Assembly: GCA_977030845.1 (NCBI GenBank)
Contig: OZ365112.1
Location: forward strand, 16,120,001-16,184,000
Origin: Fimbriosthenelais zetlandica
Taxonomy: Eukaryota
Direction: 5' to 3'
Length of the DNA: 64,000 nucleotides
The position numbers and the translations under genes are program-made. The notes under the pieces are model-generated. The model was not told the origin of the DNA. It made no database searches and worked only from the letters and a program-made list of their open reading frames with translations. Shown in pieces: positions 19,972 through 30,333 of this stretch. Each line of letters begins with the position of its first letter. Position 1 is the stretch's first letter.

Positions 19972-20574
19972 TTTAACACATGGACGATATCCCAGTTCTG
20001 AAATAAAGAAATTAGAATAATTTATTTTCTAATTTACACAGATTGTCGTACCAAGGCATTGCACCATATATATCATTTTTTTGTGGGTGGGTGGGGGTAT
20101 TAATTATTAAGTTCTCAATAGACAATATACCGGTAGTCAATAATCAATACAATAGATATCTAGCCTTCTAAGTTCTATGACTATAATCAATTTTTTAATC
20201 TAAGACTAAGTCTAAGTCTCAGAATCTGAACATTCTATTATCCTAATATTAATTCTGATTTATTGGTAACATAATTAAGTTCTCGGTAAATAAAACCATT
20301 TTACACATTGCAGAGAACTCCTGGTTTTTATTTAGATATGAATTTACATGTAAATAATAAATAAAATAAATAGATCCAGCCAAAATTTGAATGGAGCACA
20401 TTGTCATTGATCATGTGTTGTGTACTCTTGAAGTTGGAGCGAACTTTCCCGCAATGCACCCTCACAAATGACCCGACAGCGTACAAAACCCATATATTTT
20501 AAAGAAGAAATGTTCATTCTTTACTTTTAGCTTCAATGACTTGCCATAAAAATATATTTAGTTGAATATCTAAC

Positions 20575-20965
20575 CTTTAAAATCCTCCAAGGTACCGGGT
20601 GTTCTTCACAGTCGATTCAAATATGGCTCCTGCGTGGGCCTCGACCAATCAACAAGCGGCTAACAGGTGCCCGTCACCTGCGCGCCGCGGTGACAAAACC
20701 TGGAACTAAATTAGGATGTCGCAAAATAAAAGTGTGTTTCTCTCCTAAAATATTTTATTCTACCTTTAGACTTGTATAATTAGGTGTTTATTCTTTACTG
20801 AGCATCATTCATTCAGGGTCTGGTCACAAATTGCAATAATTTATTAGCCATATCTATTGCGACAACCGACAATTTTCAAAACATGGCGGACTGTGAGTGG
20901 AATCGCAGACGACATAGCTAAATCGATTATATTAATTCGCCGTTTTCGACGACAAGAAGCCTTCT
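20575..20965. promoter_or_regulatory. Bidirectional MELK/CCZ1 promoter region with CHR and CCAAT elements
   Basis: The head-to-head start codons are about 1 kb apart and the region is CpG-rich. TTTGAA (CHR) on the MELK strand at 20616-20621, CCAAT at 20645-20649, YY1-like AAAACATGGCGG at 20878-20889. A probable MELK non-coding exon donor (GTTAGA) lies at 20574-20569. Confidence 0.7.
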
Positions 20966-23900
20966 ATGATGGGTTCTAAGACGCCTGTATCATTAATCAA
21001 CTTTTTTATCTTCAATTCAAGCTTTGGACCCCGCGAAGGCGAGGTAACTAATATACAATCTGTAAATGAATATCGAGTGCACCCATGAAATTTGACTTAC
21101 CGTAGGCGTAGCCTAGGCCTACCAGTACCAGTGCCAGTGCCAGTACCACAATCCATATCCTGACCGGAGTCCCTGGCCCAGAGTCTACAGAACTTACAGT
21201 AGACAGGCCTACACACCAGAGTCAGTCAGTCTACAAACTAGTTGAGGCTACATGTATTAGGAATTATGTATAATTGATTGCTTTTATTCTGAATAAGGAA
21301 TTAATGTACCGAAGGGCCTACCTAGGCCTACTACCTAGTAACATTTATCAGATAACTAGAGAGCATTTATCAATCTGTGTATGCCAAGACCAAGGGCCTT
21401 CATGGCAAGGGCATATATAGGCCCTAATATCAAGGGCCTTGATTTTAAGTTCACTTAATAAGTCTTTTGATTGTGGATATCTTCTCTCGCAGGAACACCA
21501 AAAGATATTATACTTCCACCCCCAAGACTACGATCTCGATGCAAAAATCAAAGCCGTGGGTCTATGTGAAGCATTTACGAAATTCACTGAGTAAGATCAT
21601 TACGGTATTGTCATTGTATTAAACTTCCTAATTTATTTTCCCTGTCTATATTTTATGGAACTAGTGACTTTCACATTACTTTTTTCAGGAATTTTACTGA
21701 AAAGGCAACGAAGTCAGTTCATACACAGAAGACACGGCAAATATTCTTTCAACCCGAGCCTGAATATTGGATGATAATGGTAGGCCTATACCGTACAGTA
21801 ATATAGTTTAATAATATAAGAGCCTATAATCAAATTCATCTTGGACTTGGGTACCGTACTTGCCGGTGTATAACGCGCAACTTTTTGACCTGGTAATTGG
21901 CCAAAATCGGGGCCTGCGCGTTATACACCGGAGCGCATTATATATGGATTTTTCTCACATGGTGACTGCCAAATTCGGTCTAAGTTCGGCGGGACCATGC
22001 TTGTCAGACTTCAAAGGGACGCATGGTGGGAGGCAGCCGACTATGTCCACGGATTAGTGGTCGGCTAATTAGTCCATACAGAAAAGCTATGTTGCCTTGA
22101 GATGGCTATTGTGTCTGGGAGGACGCTGTCTGGGGTGGGAGAAACGGGTATACAAATTGCGCGTTATACACCGGCGTGACCGGTGCGCACTATATATGGA
22201 TTTTACTTGAGAGGTAGGGGGGTGCGCGTTATAGTCCGGAGCGCGTTATACACCGGCAAGTACGGTATATATATACACGTTAAGTAGACTAGGGTGACGA
22301 CAAATAAAGAAATGTTTTCTGTGCTTGCTATTCTTTCAGACCGTCAGCATTCCGAGTAGTCAAAGAACCAAAGATGGGCAGTTAATTATTGAATACCATG
22401 GGGATGATGTCCAGGATTCCGTCTACTTTTCTGTTCTTGTTCATGCATACAACATGTTCAAGGTTAGTTCCTTTCCAACTTCACTAAATTAATGGAAAGA
22501 TTTTGGGCCATTAAAATACTAATATAATGATTACGAACATTTTTCTTGGATATAAATAACCTGAATTTAGTCATTTTACATTTGTCCTTCATGCCCTACT
22601 CTGATATATCTCTCCAATTTTCAGCTGTTTATGGGTATGTTTATACCTATCTTAGAAAAAAGTGGTGTTCAAGGCATAAAGCAACGATTAGAACATTTTT
22701 TCTCTCGGGTAAGTAGATTTGAATTTAATCGAAATCTCAAAATCTAATTAGGTTTATTTCAATTATGGAAAGTTAGGCTACTTCAATGTCTTTTTTTCTT
22801 TGTTTCTTCAAGTATCTTCTGACTCTCAAGTTACCACAAAGTGATATCCTAGATGTCTTCTCTGGACTACATTTCCTACCACTGGACAAAAATTCTTACC
22901 TCAGAATTCAGTGCTTCATCAATTTATTGGAATCCACATTCAAACAAGTCAAGTACACTGCTTTCCTCTACAATGACCAACTTGTATGGTAAAGGTTCAC
23001 TTATTTTTGTGCTCAATTTTCCAATCAGTATAATCATTATCATATTAAAAGAATATGTGTTATATGAGTGTTCTTTTTTGAAGGAGTGGTTTGGAACAGG
23101 ATGACATGAGAGTTATGTATCGGTACCTTGTGACTAGTCTCTTCCCTTCTCATATGGAGCAGGAGTTCCAAGGGTCCCAAACAAGTAGTTCAACTGCTGG
23201 CGTGCAGCCCACCAAACATTATGGAAAGTGAGTGCCGAAGGTTCTAATCATTCTCACCGGATGAATTCCTGTGCTCGCTGGCGTCTAATATTTTAATGAA
23301 ATGTTAATTTTTCATACAGGTTTGTGACTGGTCCTCCTAATCTTCAAGATGACACCAACTTAGGCAAAGTCCCTAGAGTTTACGTCAACACTGACACCAC
23401 ATATGAAGAATGTCATTTAGTCGTATACAAAGCTCTGAGTGCCAGCATATGCTTACTAGTAGATGGTAATTGTCAGAATTATTTATTGATCATTTGTTTA
23501 AATATTTAATTTCAATTCCCGAAATCACGAAAAAAAATTGAACCCTTTCTATAACTATTCCAGCTTCATTCCAAATGACGGCTGAATTCTTCCGAAGGCT
23601 GGACAACTTCCTTGGCCCCAGTCTCAGTGTGCTTGCCTCTGATATTGGAGAACAATACTCTAAAAGGCCATCAGGGTGGGGAAACGTTTACCAAGTCTCA
23701 AGTTTTTTCCATCTTTAGAGTGAACCGACTTATTAATTCTTATCAATAATTTTTCTAAGAATCCATAATATAAGCCGTCGTATTATTTCGAGCCACTCTT
23801 TATATCTTTCATTTTTTTTTAGATCGAGTGAAGTTCAGTTTAAATATGTATACTTCAACCACATGAACCTAGCACAGAAGACTACGGTTCATACAGATGG

Positions 23901-24571
23901 AAAGAAGTCATCGAGTGTGAGCGTGGGTGCAGATACATTAAGATTGCTGGCCGATCTCAACCACGATCTCAACACGTAAGTCATTCACTATGTACTATTC
24001 ATTTTTTATTTCCAATCAAATAATAATACAAGAAATGAATTATATATGAAATGAATTACCTAAGAATAAAATGAATTACATAAAGAATAAAATAAAAAGA
24101 TTAAAATACATCAGTTAATATCTGTTAAGTTTTAAATATACCGAGTACATTGGTTCAAATTTCAGGCTAACCGCCGTAGAGGATGGTGAAACTATTGTTA
24201 AAACATTGTCCGACTGTTGGGTGGTAGGAAAAAAGTCTGACCAACGGGAATTCTATGTCGTACTCAATCAGAAAAATGCCAACCTCATTGAAATCAATGG
24301 TAAGCTTTTTGAGCTAAAATATGGAACTAAGAACATAGTAAAAAATAATTATTAATCACTAGGCCTACTGTATAGAATTCTATGTTGTATATAATTCATA
24401 TTCTCGAATTTTTTAATCTTTACAATATTTTATTTCTCCATTTTTGTCAGAGACCTACACAGAATTCTTGAATTTTTGCATCCTTACAATATTTTATTTC
24501 TCCATTTTTTTTCAGAGGAAGTCAAGAAACTGTGCGCAAGTCACTTTAGTAACATATTTTTCCTTGATTAA
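20966..24571 (+). CDS. CCZ1: Vacuolar fusion protein CCZ1 (Mon1-Ccz1 Rab7 GEF subunit, longin domains); 12 coding exons, about 464 aa
   Basis: Exons: 20966-21043, 21493-21590, 21689-21779, 22340-22462, 22625-22708, 22813-22988, 23084-23227, 23320-23465, 23564-23675, 23823-23975, 24166-24299, 24516-24571. Total 1395 nt, phases consistent. Motifs FFIFNSSFGPREGE, VGLCEAF, KYTAFLYNDQLVWSGLEQDDMR, YFNHMNLAQK, WVVGKKSDQREFYVVLNQKNANLIEINEEVKKLCASHFSNIFFLD* match CCZ1. Confidence 0.97.
21854..22265. mobile_element. Non-autonomous DNA transposon (MITE), Tc1/mariner-pogo (Tc2-like) type, in CCZ1 intron 3
   Basis: Perfect 25-bp terminal inverted repeats CCGTACTTGCCGGTGTATAACGCGC (21854-21878 and 22241-22265), TA on both sides, internal copies of GCGCGTTATACACCGG, 412 bp, no coding capacity. 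CCGTA termini with a TA target site are typical of Tc2-like elements. Confidence 0.88.
24401..24517 (+). repeat. Tandem duplication of the last CCZ1 3' splice site
   Basis: 24401-24452 and 24465-24517 are near-identical copies of about 52 bp (...TACAATATTTTATTTCTCCATTTTT..TCAGAG), each ending in a CAG acceptor. Confidence 0.9.
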
Positions 24572-24820
24572 GGACACCAAAGGATCAATTTCTCACCATC
24601 AGTTCGCAGTTGTTTTTGTTCAATGGCCATACATTGTATGGGTGCATTTGAGATTTCTTTGTTTGATATACATGCATATTATATTATGATTGAAAGTGGT
24701 AAATTTGTCTAAGCCTAAGCCTACGTACCGCGAAAATCCTAGTGCATTTAATCATTTTATTCATTAGAAATTTAGTAGGCCTGCCCTTATGAAAAACTGA
24801 TTCTGTAACTGCGATTAAAT

Positions 24821-24826
24821 AATAAA
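24821..24826 (+). terminator. Probable CCZ1 polyadenylation signal
   Basis: AATAAA about 250 nt after the CCZ1 stop codon and before the next promoter. Confidence 0.5.
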
Positions 24827-25099
24827 AGAAAGAATATAATATTAGCCTATATTTCCTGCATTTTAAAATGGGATATTGTTTTAAAAAAGTATTTTTATTT
24901 TATCCATATACCTATTTGAAGACTGGAAAACGCAATCATCCCAGGGATGAAAATCTTTTTCTTTTTTCTAGGGGATGGGGTTGGTGGTGGTTAGGGGTTG
25001 ACCGAGAAAAGTGTCCAGAAATTCTGATCAAAAGCCTTCAAAAGCTGACAAAACATGAGCTGGTGGCCCCCAGACACTCTGCCATTTTTTTTTATTCTC

Positions 25100-25376
25100 A
25101 TCTGAGGCGGTAGCCTGACAACCAAGCCTCACGGGCTCCCCCCAGCGAGACTACGGGGGAGGGACGAATGCTCTGTCTACTGAGGCGGGAGACGTTATCC
25201 GGGCGCCAGTAACGTTAGTTTCAAGTTTTGCCACAGGAAGTGTGGTGGCGACACGGGTTCTACCGGTCACGTGTGATCGGTGAAACTTCCGGTACAGAAG
25301 GAGAAAGAGTTCTTCGCGGGACTTACAATAGGAAAACGCATTGCCATTGTCGACACCGTAATAAAAGTGTATGAAA
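25100..25376 (+). promoter_or_regulatory. CpG-rich promoter and probable non-coding first exon of the RRM-RRM-RING gene
   Basis: CpG cluster with ETS motifs (CAGGAAGTG near 25234; ACTTCCGGT near 25285), E-box GTCACGTG at 25266, and donor AAA|GTGAGT at 25377. A matching acceptor lies at 26992. Confidence 0.6.
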
Positions 25377-26171
25377 GTGAGTATATCTATTATTCTAAAG
25401 ACAGTTTATCATATTGTGATTGATAAAGGGTGAATATTAACGAATTACTTGTTTGAATTGGAGGTAATTAAGAGGTCCGAGACCGGGTCAGAGTGACCTG
25501 ACGGGGTGAACCCTCAGGACACGCTGCTTGTTCAATGTTGTTATCTGGTGGATGTTTGTCGTGGACTTACGCGAGTTACATGTGGGGTTATTGGACTATT
25601 TTGATTCAGTATTCACAATATTTGAATTTTGTGACTTCTGATGTCAGTTTTGTGAGTTTCAGTGAGCGTATTAAACGCCGAGCCCAGGGCCAGGCCTCAA
25701 CCGTCCGGCAACCGTCTCGGGTCTCGGGACAAGTAAAAAATGGCCGGCCTCCGCTTGGCCCACGCCAAGGGCAAGACCAAGGCTGCCCCTCTCAGCCCCG
25801 GCTTTGAATATGTCATTAATTATTGCATGATTATTGGGAGCTGTTATGACACTGTATACCGGTAGATGAACTTGACGACTCTCTGGATGTTGTCATCTTA
25901 TCTTGAATGGAATTGTCTAAACTCACAACGAGTGAAGTACGGTACAACTAAATTTATTGCTGGCTATTATTAATAATAGCCTAGGCCCTTTTGCTTCTCC
26001 CCGCAAACACTGACTGTAGACAGTATTGTTTATATTCTGGTTAATCCATGATAAAGTTGATAAATATGATTAAGATTAGTAAATAAGAAAGGACGTGTAG
26101 TCTGTTTGTTGTTCTGAAGTTGAGTGTCTAGGACGCTTGGGAAGCCTCCTGTTGCTTTATTGTTGATGGAC

Positions 26172-26948
26172 AGGAACAGATGTAGGGGAAGGCAACTCAA
26201 GATATAAACATCATCCCCTTCCCCTCTGAATGAGTTACAACTTAAGGTATTTTACAGAAAAAAGTTGTAGCTAAATACAGTAAAAGACATAATCTTGAAC
26301 ACCAAAATTAAACATTTAGCATGAGTGAAAAGCTACTCTGTTTCTGAAGACTCTAGTCTAAGTTCTTAGTTATTAAAAAGATTGAAGAGGCAGTTTCGAA
26401 ATCAACCAATAGATTATAATTATATGACACACATCAACGTCAATCCTCACATAAAGAATACCACTGTGACACCAAGATGTCACTCAAATGGATACATCTT
26501 TATAAGATAAAGATAAAGGCATACATGAGATATTATGACAAACTTCATGGTATAAATGGTATTGAATGAAATGCAAGAAATTGAAACATAAACATTTTAC
26601 ATAAATGAAACACATGGCAATGTTATACAAGGAACACATAGGATAAATATGCAAACATCAATATGACAGAAAGACATGTATCTCCCTAATATATATGAAA
26701 GGAGAGAGACATAAATAAATAAACCAAATCACACAAAAATCAAATAGGTGAGAGTTATAATTAAATGGTTCCATGATCAGGTGCAGTCAGTCATATATTT
26801 TGAGACTCAGTCTTCCGGTGTGTGTGGATGGAGTTTAGAGTGAGGATGGAGTAAGAGGGAGAGCAGAACAAAGAGTGGACCACGTGTCTGTCGTAATTGT
26901 ATGTTGAAGGGGAGGAACAGATGTAGGGGAAGGCAACTCAAGATATAA
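26172..26948 (+). repeat. Pair of identical 36-bp direct repeats in intron 1 of the RRM-RING gene
   Basis: AGGAACAGATGTAGGGGAAGGCAACTCAAGATATAA at 26172-26207 and 26913-26948. Confidence 0.88.
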
Positions 26949-27026
26949 CAGTATTATCCTACGGTAATCTTTTCATTTCTCTGTAATCAAAGGTCTGCTT
27001 CTGGTCGACTTCTACCAACTCAGGAG

Positions 27027-29878
27027 ATGGCTTCAAATTCATGGCAGCACCCATCCATGAGCAGTGGTATGACGCCCATTATAATCATATATAACGTAAC
27101 TTATATAACGTTTTCAAAGACATTTTTTTATCAGTAACTATTAAATTTAGAACTACACAAATTAATTCAAATCAATTTATAAAAAGCATCATAGGCCTAC
27201 AACCTATGTAAGCCTATGCCTATAGCTTCGTAACTGCCTAAATAGACTATCTGTCCCTATGTTCCGCTGGGTGGAGCCTGTGTAACCCTAGAAGGGATCG
27301 ATCATATAGGCGAGCCTATAGCCTGCTCAATTTTTTAGTTAAAATGTATGACTTTTCTCTGTTTAATCTAGCTTCCAACTACTTGTTTGTGGGCAATTTG
27401 TGGGCAAGTGTTACCACTGATAATCTGCGCGGCCTCTTCGGAATGTATGGGACTGTACTTAATATTTGGATGAGACAGAACCCCCAAGGGTAAGGAACTT
27501 ATTTCTCTGAAACACGCTTTGCTTATTAAATACTAGCTTGTGGGCATTGAAATCATGAACTAAGATTGTTCCCTTATATTATATTAAGCTTATAACATAA
27601 AAACATGATAGCATTTATTGGTTCTCCAATTTAATGGATTTACTTTCAAATAAAATAGTATTGTGACGGTCAGTACATGTATATTAACTAAATATTTCAT
27701 TATGCATGAAATGACTTATCTCTGATTTTTTTTCTTCATCTTGGCCCACTTTCAGTCGAAATGCCTTGATCCAGTTCTCGAATAAAGAAGCGGTTGAAAA
27801 TATTCAGATTAGTAGACCCCACTATTATATGGGTCTGGAAATCTTAACAAGACGAACCTTTTGTCCGGGACATCATGTAAGTAATACTGTATCTGCAGTA
27901 ATTAACCTACCTCGCATGAATGTAAAATTGTACGAAGTAAACTTCCTTGATGTACATAATTATAATTAATTGCTACTCATTGCTCCTCGCCTGTAAGAAT
28001 AAATTTGATAATGATATAGATCTCATGTTATGCACCTTTCCTGTGCAATAATGTAATACCCCAGGGCCCTTACCTCCAATTACCAAACCACCAAAATAAT
28101 GGACTGAATAATTTTTGTTTTGAAATGTCGATAAATAAATAAATTTTAAATGGAATGATCTCAAAATGTAGCAGAATGTAAGAAATGGGGTAATGACAGA
28201 AACTGGCCTCTGCAGCAAAAGTGACTTATGTCTGTTTAGTTGTTTGGGGTGACGTATAAATGATATTGATCTCGTGTTATGTACCTTTCCTATGAGCTGA
28301 CTCCACATTAAAACAAGTTTTATGATTGCAGTTAGAGCGGGATCTAGACAATGACGGCATCAGTAACACTGTGCACATCAGTGGTTACCCTGCTGGTATC
28401 AGTCGACAGGCCCTCTATACTGACCTCTCAAAATTCGGGAACGTGACTGATTTAAGGCCAATGGCTCCCTATGGAGATTATGGTCACGCCATGGTGATGT
28501 TCTCTGACTGGGATGAAGTCGACTATTTATTCCGTAAGAAAGTATTTTCATTGGAGTTCATGTCAATCATCCCACCCATGAGGAAATCATCTTTTATAAA
28601 AATAAGAATGTGGAAATGGATTAGAAATGCGCTTACTATGATGACATTTCGTGTAAATTATATCATTATAACAAATTCAAAGGACGATTTATTTGCTGTT
28701 TGAATGTTCATCATTGGTTTTCTTTTCCAGTGTTTGATCCTTTGTACTTATGTGGCTTCCCAGTGTGGGTATCGTCTGATGTCATGGAATCATGTGATCG
28801 CTCATGTAAGTAATAGTAAACTCCTTACCCTACTCATGTTTTACATCTGATAGGCTGTGTATGTTATGCATCATATATTAAATAACCGATTGTTGTAATA
28901 CATGTGGGCTTGGTGGATACTAGTCTATCCGTGATTATAACTCATTGAGTACAATAGTATTTTCTGGTGGGAGAATTTAACTAATTTTAACATTAATATT
29001 TTTTCGTAGATGATCCCTACGCGTCGCCGCAATCGAGCCTTGCCAGCACCCGCCCTGCTAATGTCCTACACCCTGTGAACATCAACGTTTTCGCACGACC
29101 CGACCAAAATCTTGGCCGAGCAAGAAAAGCTGCCAAGAGGCTGAAGCGAGCACAGACAATGCCTGAGGTGAAGGTTCCTGTGAACCAGGATATTGACCCT
29201 GTCACAGGTCAGAGCAGGAAGAGGAAGCGAGTCCTCTCATCTAGTGCTGTGGTGTCGGAGGGGGTAAAGCGGGCCAGACTGACCACCGAGGTAAACCGAG
29301 TAACGGCAGGCAAGCGGGACGATCGAGTCCATAAAGTTATGGAATCTATTACTCTCCTCACAAATGCTGAGCAGATGATTACGGAAATGCAACAGACAAT
29401 TGAACGGCTGGAAGAGACTGGAAAGGGACAACTACTTAAATTAACTGCCCTCAAGTCGGTAAAGAGTCCGGTCAAGGCCCAGTCTTCTACTGTGGAAAAT
29501 AGCGAGGAGTCCACTGATGACCATGAAATGTGTGACTTTTGTTTTAGTGTTATCAAAAAGAGGAAAAATCCATCAACGTCTAAAGATTGCAAGACTGCTA
29601 TCACAGAGCTTCAGAATGAAATCGATGAAATAAAGGCGATGAAAAACATGGTAGAAACGAACAAGGTTGGATTGACTAATCGACTGACTGATGCTAAAAA
29701 GCTGCTCACATGTGATATGTGCAAAAAAAGGAAGATCGACTTTGTTACTATGTGTGGCCATAGTGGTTGTAACACTTGTTGTCGGAGTCATGTCATCTGC
29801 AGGAAGTGTAATGCCTCAGTCACCAGTGCCAGAACCATTTCCCTCGTAGAAAAGCTTGAAAAAGTTACCATCGTGTGA
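27027..29878 (+). CDS. Uncharacterised protein with two N-terminal RRMs, basic NLS-like segment, coiled coils and C-terminal C3HC4 RING (putative RNA-binding E3 ligase); 5 coding exons, about 449 aa
   Basis: Exons 27027-27066 (MASNSWQHPSMSS), 27372-27489 (NYLFVGNL = RNP2), 27756-27876 (GRNALIQF = RNP1; RPHYYMGLEILTRR), 28332-28533 (VHISGYP...GHAMVMF = RRM2), 29010-29878 (INVFARP; RKRKR...KRAR; coiled coils; CDMC-x10-CGHSGCNTC-x6-CRKC). Total 1350 nt, phases 1/2/0/1 consistent, GT-AG throughout, good start context GAGATGG. The ORF track shows only fragments of this gene. Confidence 0.87.
28010..28291 (+). repeat. Pair of 33-bp imperfect direct repeats in an intron of the RRM-RING gene
   Basis: AATGATATAGATCTCATGTTATGCACCTTTCCT (28010-28042) versus AATGATATTGATCTCGTGTTATGTACCTTTCCT (28259-28291); 3 mismatches. 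Confidence 0.8.
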
Positions 29879-29973
29879 TTGTGTGAACAAGATACCAAGT
29901 ATTAACCCAGAAGCGGTTACATACTAAAAATTTAAAACATGATCTTTATAAGCCTCATTATTTAGGCCATGAT

Positions 29974-30333
29974 CATATATGATTTTTCGTTCAGCTATAT
30001 TCCTTTATGCGGGAATATTTATTTTGTACGAATTTATAAGAATTCCCTTGCCCTGTGATCAAATGTTGAGGTTTTAGATTCATGCTAAGAAATTTGAACC
30101 ATCCCAAAGTTGAAAACTTAGACTCGTGTATTGATCTTTGTCATAATTCAGTGCACTTTTCATATTTGATTTTTCGTTCACCTTTATTTCTTTATTGGGG
30201 AATATTTTATTTTGTACTTGGAGTATGAATTTCTAAGTTACCCCGTCGCCTGTGATCAAATGTTGACGTTTCAGATTCATGCTAAGAATTTTGAAACCTC
30301 CCAAAGATGAAAACATAAGACTAGTGTATTGAT
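29974..30333 (+). repeat. Diverged tandem duplication (about 190-bp period) just after the RING gene stop codon
   Basis: 29974-30135 aligns with 30161-30333; shared blocks include GATTTTTCGTTCA, CCTGTGATCAAATGTTGA, AGATTCATGCTAAGAA, CCCAAAG, GTGTATTGAT. Confidence 0.87.

Noticed and set aside
23717-23800. Imperfect inverted repeat in a CCZ1 intron (AGAGTG...CACTCT)
   Set aside because: Too short and degenerate to call a MITE.
25470-25810. GC-rich segment with small hairpins and a 90-aa ORF; considered as a ribozyme or structured ncRNA
   Set aside because: No hammerhead, HDV, SRP or snRNA core motifs recognised; hairpins are short; more simply part of the promoter-proximal CpG region.
29209-29604. 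131-aa antisense ORF
   Set aside because: Antisense shadow of the RING exon; no independent signals or motifs.
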